A DNA stretch of 64,000 nucleotides from Octopus sinensis (Eukaryota): positions 53,134,001-53,198,000 of the forward strand of contig NC_043007.1 of NCBI RefSeq assembly GCF_006345805.1, given 5' to 3'. Position 1 is the first letter of the stretch. Each line of letters opens with the position of its first letter. Position numbers and translations under genes: made by a program. Below are positions 50,808 to 63,059 of this stretch, in pieces. The notes beneath the pieces were generated by a model. The model was not told the origin of the DNA. It worked only from the letters and a program-made list of their open reading frames with translations, and ran no database searches.

Positions 50808-53800
50808 TGTTATCTCACACATTTGGATAGCATGCCTTCATCAATAACTACTCTACTACCGAACTCACACTTCCGACGACTCAACTCAACAGAGCTCGAC
50901 ATCTAGTCTACTGGTGGCTCTGGCTCACTCTATGCGACCCTTCTACGACTAGCTATCACATCCACTATTTATACGTATTGGACTAGCCTACTTATCATCT
51001 GGGGGTGTCCACACAACACCTCCCCCTTTTGAGAGTTTTTTTTTTCTAAATCTGAATTTATCAATTTTATTTCCTTGGTGAGAAACTGGCATATATTTTT
51101 CTCTTAGCATTAATTTCCATCATTTCTGTAGGTTTTCTCTTCCTGCTTGACCTGTGTTGGTTCTGCTTCTGCTTGTGGTTCTGGGACCTCGAACAAATCA
51201 TACCATATATCCATTAGTTCCTCTCACCTCTCTTGATTTTTGGTATATCTTTTTTTGCAATTGGTTTATATGCCTTCTGTGTTCATATTTTCGTCCTTTT
51301 ACCATGTACATCACATTACCTAGACATCCAGTTCAGTTATACTTCCTTGTTCCCAGTCCTGTTTCCCGTTTCTATATATTTTAAAATACACTTCATCACG
51401 TGTGTTAAAAAATTTCTTTCTTCTTCCCGAATTTTCTGTTTTCTGTTTCCTACTCAGCAACAATTTATCAAAAATAGAATGAAATTTTCTGGAAAACATC
51501 AAATCTATGGGTGACTTACCCAACTCTGCATTTGGATTCAGTGTTATTCTATACATCTGCAAAATCTTTGTCATCTTTGTATCTTCAAGGGTATCCCGTC
51601 TGGTCTTTCTTAAAGCTCTCTTGAATGTGTCGATGAATCTTTCCGCTAACCCATTTGACCTTGGATGGTATGGCGGAGTTAACACATGCTTCATTTGAAC
51701 TGACTTACAGAATCTTTCAAATTCCTTCTCTGTGAATTGTATACAATGGTATACGATCTGACACGATCGTATCTGGCACCCCATAACAAGCAAATAATTC
51801 TTCCAAGAAGTCAATCATCACACTTATGGTTGGCCTTGAACATTTACGCACTTCAGGTCATTTGGAATAGCTATCCACCATGATGATGTAATGAGAGCCA
51901 TTTATTAGTCCTGTGAAATCTACATGCAGCCTAAACCATGCCGAATCAGTTTTTGGCCACAGTTGAATCTGCACTAGGGACACCGTTGCTGCCATAGTGC
52001 ATCCCCTACACTGTTTTACCAGTCTCTCAATTTGCTTGTCCATATTCAGCCAATAAACGTAACTACTCATGAGACTCTTCATCCGGACAATCCCTGGATG
52101 TTCTACATGGAAGTCTGTATTGCAACGCTTTCAATTATTACCACTCTTTGTGCATATAGTAATACCTCGTCACATACTGAATAGTGCTTTGAACCTGCGT
52201 CCCGCTCATTTATATTTTTCATGTTACTCAACATTTAAAAAAATCTTGTTTTTGAACCTATCTTTTCCTGATTCCAATTTAATTTGTTCCAGCATTACCA
52301 GCAAATCATGTACTACATTGCACAAAATGTTCTTCAGCTCCATTTAGTTTTAATGATTCAATCACTGTGTCTTCAAAAGGTTCCTCATATTTTGGCAAAT
52401 ATTTCTTCTGGGTTTGGAAGTGGATAATTGTAATTTTTTAAACAATCATTAAGACTAGTTAAGAAGTCCACATATACTCTTATTTTGTTGTTCTTTTTTT
52501 ATATATACAGTAGGAGCCACCCACTCAGGGTAGTCAACTTTTTCAATTACCTCCATGTCTTCCAATCTTTTTAATTCCTTCTCAACTTGATTTAACGCTG
52601 CAAAAGGTTTGAACACTGGTGCTGCATTTTCTTTCAACTCAAACTTTACTTTGATTTTTTTACATGCACTGAGTTCTTTCGAAAACACATCTTTTTCAAT
52701 TTTAATTTCAATTTTTCCAATACTTTTTCTGACATGGACTGTGACACATTCACCTTATTACATAGTGTATTCAGTGGTAGATCTCACAAGTCGAATTCTT
52801 CCATTAAATCTGTCCCAAACAGATTCATTGTATTCTTAGATACCATTAGTTTACTTTTCCGCATCATGTTTGTAAGTTTTATTTCTGGTGAAATTTTGCC
52901 CAAGAATTGAACACCGAGAGCTATCCTAGTAGTTTTTTTATACACCGACCTACCTATCTTACACCATGTTGCCATATTTATTATCGATATGTCTGAACTG
53001 GTATCTAATTGCATATCAGTCTGAAAACCATTTATTTTTACCAACACAAATTTTTGATTTTGTATGGTATAATTTACTTTTGTTGAGTAGATGTTCTTTG
53101 GTTTTACAATTGTCTTCGGCCAGCATTTCGTCTGTATATGCCCAATTTTATCACACTTAAAACGTGTTTTATCTTTAAAGGGGCAATCTTTCCTCAAATA
53201 TCGGTGTCTGCAACCAGAGCACTGTTTTGAATTTATATATTTTCTTCTGTCTGTACTTTCTTTACACATTTGTACATTCTTATCATTGTCTTCTAATTTT
53301 CTTGTATCATCTCGAAGGTTTATTATTTGTTAGCATTCCTCAGCCACTTTCTGCAAAGTTAGTTTCACATCTTGATTCAACTTTGATAATATTCTTTTTC
53401 TAATTTCCACGTCTTCCATTGCCACTAGCCCTTTAACGAATATTAGGCACTTGAACATATCTGGTGTTAATTCTTCCAGCTTAAACCTTTTGCAAGCCTT
53501 ATTAATCATATCAGCATATATTACAAGATTGTTGGACTCGCTTTTCTTTAAATTTAAACATTCCCACTGAATGTTAAACTGCAAACTTTTCTCACTAAAA
53601 ATATTAGTCAAAATATTTATCATTTCACCAAAACACAATTCTGTGGGCTTTCTCAGCAAAATAAAGTTACAAAAACTTTCATGTTCTGGAGGGGCAAGCT
53701 TTCGCAAAAGAAGTCTTACCTTCCTTTCACTAGACCATCCCTTGCATTCCTCTTGGAATATGTCTTCGAATCGTCTGTAATATGCAGTAAAAGTAGTTCC

Positions 53801-54191
53801 TTCATCCAGTTTGTAGTGAAATTTTTCAATGGAATTTGTGACACCATCCGCTGAAAATGATTCTGTCGTATTTCTCAACTGCAGTAACAATTCTGTTAAC
53901 ATCTGCTATTGCTGCTGTTGCTGCTCTTGTTGTTTGACAACTGCTTTCAGTAACTCTTCCATTTTGGTACTATTCGAAACCTTGTCGCCATTGTTATATC
54001 TCACGTTCGGATGGCGTGCCTTCGCCAATAATGTACCTCTACTCAACTACTGAACTCTCGCTTCTGACAACTTGACGACTAGTCTACTGACATCTCTGGC
54101 TCGCTCTATGCGACACTTCTACGACTAGCTATCATGTCCACTATTTATACGTATTGGACTAGCCTACTTATCTGGGGGCATCCACACAACA
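50808..54191 (-). mobile_element. Ty3/gypsy LTR retrotransposon lacking the RT core and RNase H
   Basis: LTRs 53992-54191 and 50808-51018 (TG..CA); PBS TGGCGACAAGG (53980-53990); PPT 51019-51030; TSD AAACA/AAACG; gag ATG at 53962, CCHC knuckles, protease LDTSSD, integrase RLHVDFTG. Confidence 0.93.
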
Positions 54192-54639
54192 AAACGTAAG
54201 GGAATGGGAGAGTCGTAAGGAATTTAAGTAAAGAGTCAAAGAGAAATGCTAGATTGGTATTTGAAAGGATGTGGATGGAAAAGAGAGAGCATTTATGGTC
54301 TTGAGGGAGAAAAATATGCTTGAAGTGTTGGTGTAGTAGTAAATATGAAAGTCTAAAGAAAATGAGAAAGGATACTACAATCTAAGAATTAAAGAATGTA
54401 TATTGTTGTGCATGAGCATTTGTACTGTATGAAATAGTAGAGGTGTATGTAGGCATAAGTACTTGTAAGTATAGGAAGGTGGGGTGGAGAAGGGTGTGGA
54501 GGCAGGCAGAAAAGAGAAATTAAATTGTATAAATAGTAAGGAAAGATAAAGCTAGATATAAACAAGAATTAAGGGGTTATAGTGAAAATAGTGGGAATAT
54601 ATTGATGATTTAATATTTAGTGGTTGTGAGGGTATATAA

Positions 54640-55010
54640 GAAGGAATGTCTAAGATGGCAGGAAGAAGGGAGGTGTTATTTGTATTTTGAGAATAGGTTG
54701 TGTAATCGATGTTTGCATGTAAAAGTTATACTGTGGCATTCGTTGAGACAATCTGTAGATTGCATAATAGCTAAGATTTTGGCTCTGCAGAGATTGCACT
54801 TATTATAGCCGGAGTATGTTTTAGTGTGAGTGACTATGGACCACTTATGAGTAAGAAATTGAACCGTTCTTGAGTTTATGGATAAGCTGAGATAAAAATG
54901 TACTGTTGGATTTTGTTTGGGACTTGAAGCTGGAGTAGTAGTTGCCCATGTATCCAGAGTGGAGGGCAATTGCCCCAAACATCTAGCTATTGGTGGTGGG
55001 GGTGGAGGCT
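54640..55010 (-). mobile_element. Penelope-like GIY-YIG C-terminal remnant
   Basis: KWSIV...Y..YNKCNLCRAKILAI..CLNECHSITFTCKH. Confidence 0.65.
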
Positions 55011-55158
55011 GATAGGAAAGTCACATAGCCCTCAATGTTACATATCCTTGTCTTGTCTTACCCATTTTGCCCCACCTAAATTTATCTTTTATATGCTCAT
55101 AGTGAACAGTAATAATTTTCTGAAATAGTGTTCTGAATATATCATAGATTTTACTGCA

Positions 55159-56620
55159 TTAGTTAGTTAGTTAGTTAGTTAATTTGGCTCAAAAGCAAAT
55201 AGCAAGGCCATGTAGGGGGACATGGAGTTAAGTACAGGGTGGTGTTCATGTAAAGAGTTCAGGCCACTTGAGGTCCAGGGAGGCTTTAAACAAAGCGGTC
55301 GTCGGCATCTTCACCATCTCGTCTGGCAGCTTGTTCCACGGATCCGCAACCCGGACGGAGAAAGCTCCTCTCCTTCGATTGAGATGAAATCGTCGCAGGT
55401 AGAGTTTTTCGGAATGACCCCGCAGCCGACGCTCCGGAGCAGGAGTGAAGAACAGCTCTTTCGAGAGGTTACACTTCCCGCTTATGATGTTGTGGGTGAG
55501 AATGAGATCACCACGGCGGCGGCGTTTTTCAAGAGAATAAAGGTCGAGCGTCCTCAGCCTTTCTTCGTAGGACAAATTTTTGAGACCATGAACCATGCGG
55601 GTAGCCAGCCTCTGGACTCTTTCGAGATGCTGTATGTCTTTGAGGAGATAAGGAGAAGAGGCTTGAATCCCATACTCCAATATGGGTCTCACCAGCATGA
55701 CATAGAGTGGTAGGAATATGGCTGCTGTGAGCATTCCGAATGACCGTCGAATCAAAAACAGAACTCCGCGCGCTTTGTTGGCAGCATGGACGCACTGGGC
55801 CGAAGGCGAAAAGGAGGAATCCACCAAGATACCCAGGTCCTTTACCTGATCGGTCCTTCCAGCAGCAGACGACCCGGCTCGAAATCAAGTTGAGTTGCAG
55901 GAGTAGAGCCGACAGGCAGATGACAGCACTTTGACACGTTCAGACACAGGTCCCAATCGTTAGACCACTTCCAAATTTGGTGGAGGCATCAACGAAGATC
56001 CTCTATACTACCGCGAGGAGCGACCAGTTTGATATCGTCGGCAAATAGAAGGGTGTGTTGCGTGAGGTCGTCGGGCAAGTCATTTATGAAGACTAAGAAC
56101 AACAAGGGCCCAAGCACTGAACCTTGAGGCACGCCACTGCTCGCACTGGAGACGTCGGACCGCGAACCATTAACTTGAACTTGGAAGGAGTGATCTGAGA
56201 GGAAGGCACCAACCCATCGTACAATATCCGGATGGAAACTATATGCTTGAAGCTTGACAAGTAGTAGGCGGTGGTTTACCGAGTCAAAAGCTTTGGCAAA
56301 GTCCAATAAAACGATGTCAACAGCATCACTATCATCGAGGATGCGCATCACCAATTCTTCCATTACTAGTAAGTTGGTGAAGCATGATCTCTTCGGCACG
56401 AAGCCGTGTTGGGAATCAGTGATCGAGGCTGTGTTTAGGAGGTGGAGCATCATACTTTTCTTAAGGATGGTTTCGAACATCTTGCTGATTATTGATGTAA
56501 GGGAAACCGGTCAGTAGTTAAGCGGGTCTTCGCGGCACCCTTTCTTGAAAATTGGGCAGATTATCGCTGTTCTCCAGTCTGCAGGTATAACACCCGTCGC
56601 CAATGACATATTGAATAGTC
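55159..56620 (-). mobile_element. 5'-truncated, GC-rich CR1-type LINE with (AACT)n tail
   Basis: LDFAKAFDSV, SGVPQGSVLGPLLF, FADD, YGIQASSPY..DIQHLERVQR; two TGA stops (56511-13, 55989-91) and a 1-nt frameshift near 55855. Confidence 0.93.
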
Positions 56621-57297
56621 TTTACTCTGCTGATATTGTTTTGGTAAGGTACTGAACATTTGTAAAAAATATATTCTCTCCAAAGTCAAAAATACAGTAA
56701 ATATTACTCATAGTAACCCACATACTCTTACTGGAAACTAGAAAAAGCAGACTTTCAGAAATAGCTGTTTGAATTTCCCTGTTTTTGTCAGGGTTTCCCC
56801 TCTTTTTTTTTTATGTATTACAAAGCAATGAAGAGAAGCTGTTTTAAAAGAAGTATTTTTAAAATCCATGTCTTTTAAATGTTGATATCTCTACTACCCC
56901 CTCTCTCTCTTTCTCTCTCACACACATACACACACCACACACACATACACCACACACACGCACACACATACACCACACCACACATGCACACATATACACA
57001 CACAAACACTCATCATGGCTTTGGAACAGTAATAACCACATAAATGATTTTTTCTTTTTTGTAATTTTCTGTCATTTTATCCTCTTCTGTGTTCTGAAAA
57101 AAAATTTTACCCCATTCTTCCCCCTTCATTGTACTTTAAACAATGAAGGAAAAATCAAACACAGCAAGTGGATTTGTGAAAAACGAAGCTTGAATTTTGA
57201 AAAAGAAACATTTTCAGTCAATTATTTATGTAACCCGGATATTATCTGCTCCATTCCTTAACTCAGTTTATTATTATTATTATTATATGTATATATA

Positions 57298-58335
57298 TCA
57301 TCATCATCATTTAACATCTGCTTTCCATGCTGGCATGGGTTGGATGGTTTGACTAAGGACTGGCAAGCCAGGGAGCTGTACCAGGTGCCAATCTGATCTG
57401 GCAAGGCTTCTACAGCTGGATGCCCTTCCTAACGCCAACCACTCTGAGGGTATAGTGGGTGCTTTTTATATGCCACTGGTACGGGAGCCAGTCAGGTGGC
57501 ACTGGCAACAACCATGCTCGACGGTGCTTTTACGTGCCACCGGCACAGGACAATTAGCCGGCACTTGTATCAACCACAATTATATGGTGCTCTTTACATG
57601 CCTCCAGCACAGGAGCCAGTCCAGTGGGACTGGCATCAACCACGCTTGATCTGTAGAAAAGGCGTGAGTAGAAATTCCATGTGATGTACTTGGTGTAAGC
57701 TATGGACACATAAAAGGTGCAGCAATATCAAAGGAAGGTTAACTGGGAAGAGTTTTTGTATGTGGCAGATGCACAGGGGCAATAAACCCTAAAGATGTAC
57801 AGAAAACAGATTCCATCATATGCCAGGGGGGTCAAACTAGAAGTAGTTGATAACTTCTGCTACCTAGGCAATCAAGTCTGTAGTGGCGGGTGGATGCCCC
57901 GAGAGTGTAGCAGCTAGAATAAGAATAGCCTGGGCAAAGTTCAGGGAGCTCCTACCTCTACTGGCAACTAAGGGCCTCTCACTCAGGATGAAAGGTAGAC
58001 TGTATGATGCATGTAGGCAAACTACCATGCAATAAGCAGTGAAATATGGACCATGACTGCTGGGGACTTGCATAGTCTTGAAAGAAATAAAGCTAGTATG
58101 ATCTGCTGGATGTGTAATGTCAGTGTGCATACATGAAAGAGTGTGAGTGCCCTGAGAGGACAGTTGGACATAAGAAGCATCAAATGTGGTGTCCAAGAGA
58201 GATGACTGCACTGGTATGGTCACGTGTTACATATGGATGAGGACAGCTGTGTGAGGAAGTGCCACACCCTAACTGTGGAAGTAACCTGTGGAAGAGGTTG
58301 ACCTAGGAAGACATGGGATGAGGTGGTGAAGCATG
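57298..58335. mobile_element. RTE composite: 3' UTR on minus (57298-57645) joined to C-terminal ORF on plus (57646-58335)
   Basis: (CAT)n tail and motif array, then ICRKGVSRNS..KLWTHKRCS..DEVVKH in the opposite orientation. Confidence 0.8.
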
Positions 58336-58340
58336 CCCAA

Positions 58341-58422
58341 GGGCATATGGCGTAGTGGTTAAGAGCATGGGCTACTAATCCCAAGATTCCGAGTTCGATT
58401 CCAGGCAGTGACCTGAATAATG

Positions 58423-58468
<46 letters not shown>

Positions 58469-58545
58469 CAACAACATCGAAAAATATCTTAGGAATGAGA
58501 ACCCAGGTTTGAAATTTCCCCAAGACACCTGATGAAGGCTGGAGA
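58341..58545 (+). mobile_element. tRNA-derived SINE with (AAT)n core
   Basis: TGGCGTAGTGG A box, GAGTTCGATTCC B box, (AAT)n at ~58416-58465, then a tail containing CTGATGA. Confidence 0.7.
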
Positions 58546-58850
58546 ACAGTCTCCAGTTCTTGTAGTGATGGTGACAGAGGATATTGACTCCTTACTTGTT
58601 TTTCTAAAATGCACCATAAATGTTCAATAATATTAAGACTGTGGTGGCCAGATAAGATGGTCAACTTCACTAGAATGTTCTTCATGCCATTCAGTAAAAA
58701 CTTTAGCTGTGTGAATTGATGCATTACCATCCTGAAAGATTGCTTTTCCCTCCGGAAACAGTTCCATTGATTTATAATGGGCTTGTGTGAGAGGTTTATT
58801 GTCACAAATGTAAGAGGACTTGTGTGAGAGGTTTATTGTCATAAATGTAA
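58545..58850 (-). mobile_element. Tc1 transposase fragment
   Basis: IFQDGNASIHTAK, WPPQS and NIIEHLW motifs. Confidence 0.8.
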
Positions 58851-59186
58851 GAGGTCTATTGCCTCCTTAATGTTTTACTATGTAAGAGGTTTGTTACCTC
58901 AATATGATAGTTATAAAGAACATTGTGCTCGGGTAAACAGCAATCGGCTGGCATTGCTGTTGCCCCCATTATTATCATATCATCTATCATTTCATCTCAT
59001 TATGTCCTTGTCCAGCCCACAGCTTCCTTTCTTTGTAAGGCCCTTGTGGCCAATTTAATGAATAAAAGAAGCTTGCTTCCCAATCATGATTCTGGGTTCA
59101 GTTCCACTACATGGTACCTTGGGCGTGTGTCTTCTACTGTTGCGCCAGGCCAACCAAAGCCTTGATGGAAATTGAAAGGAGCCCAT

Positions 59187-59224
<38 letters not shown>

Positions 59225-59599
59225 AATTGCGATAGGGGTTGCAAATTCAACCCTCCATGGGATAACATATATCCAATATACTGCTAGTGAAGTACCCAAC
59301 AAAGTTAATACATAAATGTTAAGAATTGCGATGCAAATGGGCAAAGGTAAAATTATTTTTACCATAAATTAATAATACAAAATAAGAAAATGGAGAAATA
59401 CAACTAAATCATTTATCAACTACCAGATAATACCCAATTACATACTTTATTAAACCACTTCATAAGAACATTAAGGTTAAACATAAAGATATATAACAAA
59501 ACAGCGTACATGAATGAGTAATACAATACGATAAGTACAATCATTATAAGAGGATATAAAAAATAAATATAAATAGATATAAATATAAATATACACTAT

Positions 59600-59726
59600 A
59601 TCTTACAGCTGTTTCGGCCATGCAGATAAGTATGTCTCATTTTACCTATATTAGCCATGTGTAGTATGTCAATATGAAGTTATAAATGAGACATTTACAA
59701 AAATATCCTAAGGCCTCTTCGGAGAT
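59600..59726 (-). ncRNA. Penelope-type minimal type I hammerhead ribozyme with U4C substitution
   Basis: Reverse complement reads ATCT-CCGAAGA-GGCC-[~90 nt incl. perfect ATGTCTCATTT/AAATGAGACAT]-GGCC-GAAA-C-AGCT-G-TA-AGAT. Confidence 0.7.
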
Positions 59727-61419
59727 TCTAAAGTATAAACCAAATTACATATATACTCATATAAGTGTGGGTACATACCCATAATAAATCATTTACATAT
59801 ATATATGAGTGCATACACTCATACTCTTATACATACACATATACATATACATAATAATACAAATAATATAAATCAATAAATATATATATGTTCCATATTC
59901 AATGTTTTTCAACTTAATATTAAGATATTACAACGTAGAGAACATAGACATATTCATACTTCAATGCAGATATATAGAGTCAGTATTACCTTATATTAAT
60001 TTACAAAAAGTCATTAATGTTAACATCAATACTGTTATCAATATCATTAATGCTACCAATATCATTGTTCTTATTTCTAATTACATGAATACTAATAAAA
60101 CAATACATATATCACATAATTAGCAATATAGTAGCAAAACTAGGGACCAACATAATACCACAGTATTATGCCAGGCATTAAATATTTGCACATACATACA
60201 AAAAAAGCAGTCAAGTCAATCAGTTTACATGGTGTTAATTTCCACAGATGCATGTGAATTAATAATTTCTATTGTGACACTAATATATTATTAATTTCCG
60301 AAATAGTTATGAAACGAACGCCGGAATTTGATTGGCTTATACTTTTAAATTTAAATTACAATTGTTTTTTATGGTTGGTTAGTTGAGAAACATCCACACG
60401 CGCACACTTGCAAACGTGCGCACATACGCACATACACAGCCAAATCACAACATAACATAAGAGAGATACTAGCCCACACTTACACACACATACATGCTTA
60501 CAAACAGATCCACTCACATATATTCATAAATTCGTATATGTAATCATACATACATTTATACCCAGATGAAGAATGTAAATTATCATAAGGTACATAATTA
60601 AAATAACACCGTATTTTTCGTAAACAAATTATCCTACCACTAAAAAAATTTCTATATCTTTACATTTCCACTATGTTTCTATTCAAATATTTATTAAATT
60701 ATAAAATACAAAATACATGTTTGCCCATCAAAGGACGTATAAATACATACACAATAAGTTAACAGAAAATACTATTAATTAAGATACAAGTAGATTAATT
60801 GTAAATAGTCAAAATACGTTATTATTCTACGATATATAATCAAATAACACTGTACATTTCTTAAACATACCATCACATCACTGAAACTCCTATATCGTTG
60901 TATTACCATTTTATTTCCATTCAACCTCTCACCAGCAAACCAATATAGGTACAGGAAAATTATATTAACATCTACACATACACACACACATACACACACA
61001 TACGTACATTCGTGCATATTCACAAACATATGCACATTCACCTTTGTTGTGTATGCAAACATTCGCATACATATATATATATATATTTAAATATTAATGG
61101 ACGTATAAATACATATACAATAAGTTAACAGGACTTATAATGTGTGGGTGTGTCTTTGTATCTGTGTTTGTCCCCCAGTACTACTTGACAACCAGCATTG
61201 GTGCGTTTACATCCTTGTAACTTAGAAGTTCGGCAAAAGAGACCACCAGTAACTGGAGTACTAGCGTTGATACATTCAACTTAAAAAATTCTTCAAAGCA
61301 GCATGTCTGCAGTTTAATGACTGAAACAAGTAAAAGATTATGTGGCCTATATTTCTTACCAAGTCGTTACAACCATATCTGATTTTCCAAGTGCTTTGAT
61401 TCCATGTGTGTGTGTGTGT

Positions 61420-61426
61420 ATATATA

Positions 61427-61498
<72 letters not shown>
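61420..61498. repeat. (TA)n microsatellite (others at ~25650-25715, ~28960-29025, ~59190-59222; (GA)n ~17701-17730; (AAT)n ~26530-26570)
   Basis: Directly visible. Confidence 0.95.
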
Positions 61499-61501
<3 letters not shown>

Positions 61502-61881
61502 CTTGATCGCTAACATTTATCAATGTTGTTTTGATAATGCCATTTTCTATCATTAATAAAACTGTCAGCATTTTTGGTCACACATGCTAATATAAATATA
61601 TCAATGCACATAAAGGAATTATCAAAACACGTAGAATATAGAATATATCAATACACAAATCAGGACAATTACATGACATTGGCTTCTGTAGTGCATTATG
61701 AGTATAGATTCAGCAAGACTTAAAGGTACATGCAAAAGCTATAAGAGAATACCTGTAAGATATGAAAAATTAAGAAAGCTATGGGGCTAGTGAGAAGAAG
61801 GAAAAGTAAGTAAAATTATTAGGAGGGTAGACAGCTATAAAATGGAAATTATCGTTTATATCTTAAGAAAGTCTTGCATAA

Positions 61882-62067
61882 TCAATGTTGACATTCCATA
61901 ATTAGGTTACTATTCTGGTTTATACAATCTTTACATTGCATAATTGGTAAGATTTCCATGATAAAGAATGAACATCTGTTAGTATACCTGCTCACATGTT
62001 GTATGATAAACCACTTAATGTCATAATCAAATGCATCCTGCCTTAAAGTCTGAATGAGCTTGGACAA
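61882..62067 (-). mobile_element. Penelope-like GIY-YIG C-terminal remnant
   Basis: SKLIQTLR..FDYDIKWFII..YTNRCSFFIMEIL..INQNSNLIMECQH. Confidence 0.6.
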
Positions 62068-62819
62068 AGATGTGCAATTAGTCTTAGCTTCTAATCAAAA
62101 ACTAAAGTAATGGTTATGCAATCTCACCTTGAAGTTCATGCTGCAGGCAATCAATAAATATATTGAGATACATTTGTAGTTACCTGTATACAATGTTTAC
62201 AGCAAGGCATTTATAGTCCGAGGTGCTGGAGATTATGTATTTACAGTTACAAAATCATTCGTTATATGCATGTAGGGTGCAAAGGGGTGGGGCTGCCATT
62301 ATCAGTATTATGATAGGCCGAGTTGCATGAGCCAACAGGGTTGTTAGGGTGAGTATTGTTACTATTGATATTGTAAACAGCACCACCCCTGTCACTTATG
62401 TTATAGTCCACTGGTATAGACATATCTCTAGGCCTGTTAGGTGGAAAGAGCTGTGTACCCAATGCAGTGTGGTCAAAGTAGGTGCCAGTTTCTCCCCCAG
62501 CCTGAAGAAAATCCACAGGGTCATTATGCATGGGTTTGGGGCTGGAGGGTATCACACAGATATTGTTGCTAGTACATTTTCCATTTATTCTGATATGGGA
62601 CAAAGTGTATAACATATGCCAGTTAATAAACTTTGTTGATCAAGTATCATCTGCTTTTTGTCATCTATACAAGCCATGTTCATGCTTGATGCTTACTAGT
62701 TTCCTGTACCAAGAAATTTTTGGATCACACTACTTTATCACTGTGTGTGTGTGTGCGTGTGTGCACATGTGTGTATGCATGCGTGTGTGTGTATGAATGT
62801 ATATGTATAAATATATGTA

Positions 62820-63056
62820 TACAGGGTGGACTAAGTCACTGAGGAGTTTTCATTTTTAATAACTCCCTTATTTTTACAAATAGGTATATAAAATTTTAAT
62901 TCAATATAGAGGAGATAATGGAGATTAATTTGCTTTAGTCCTTTTTCATCATACCTCTGCATTATGTATGAAAAATTACATCTTTTAACTGGAGTTCATT
63001 TTCAGCTTCACACATCCACGCCCTTTGGCTGCATGACTTCCTTAAAGACAGCAGTC
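62820..63056 (-). mobile_element. Tc1/mariner 3' end fragment
   Basis: TACAGGGTGG terminus; only weak transposase C-terminal similarity. Confidence 0.45.
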
Positions 63057-63059
63057 AGG

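Noticed and set aside
55989-56513. In-frame TGA codons as selenocysteine, as in some Naiad PLEs
   Set aside because: The element is CR1-type, the TGAs replace expected Arg (CpG decay), and there is also a frameshift.
58341-58413. tRNA gene
   Set aside because: A and B boxes are present but the acceptor and T stems are broken and it runs into (AAT)n; it is a SINE head.
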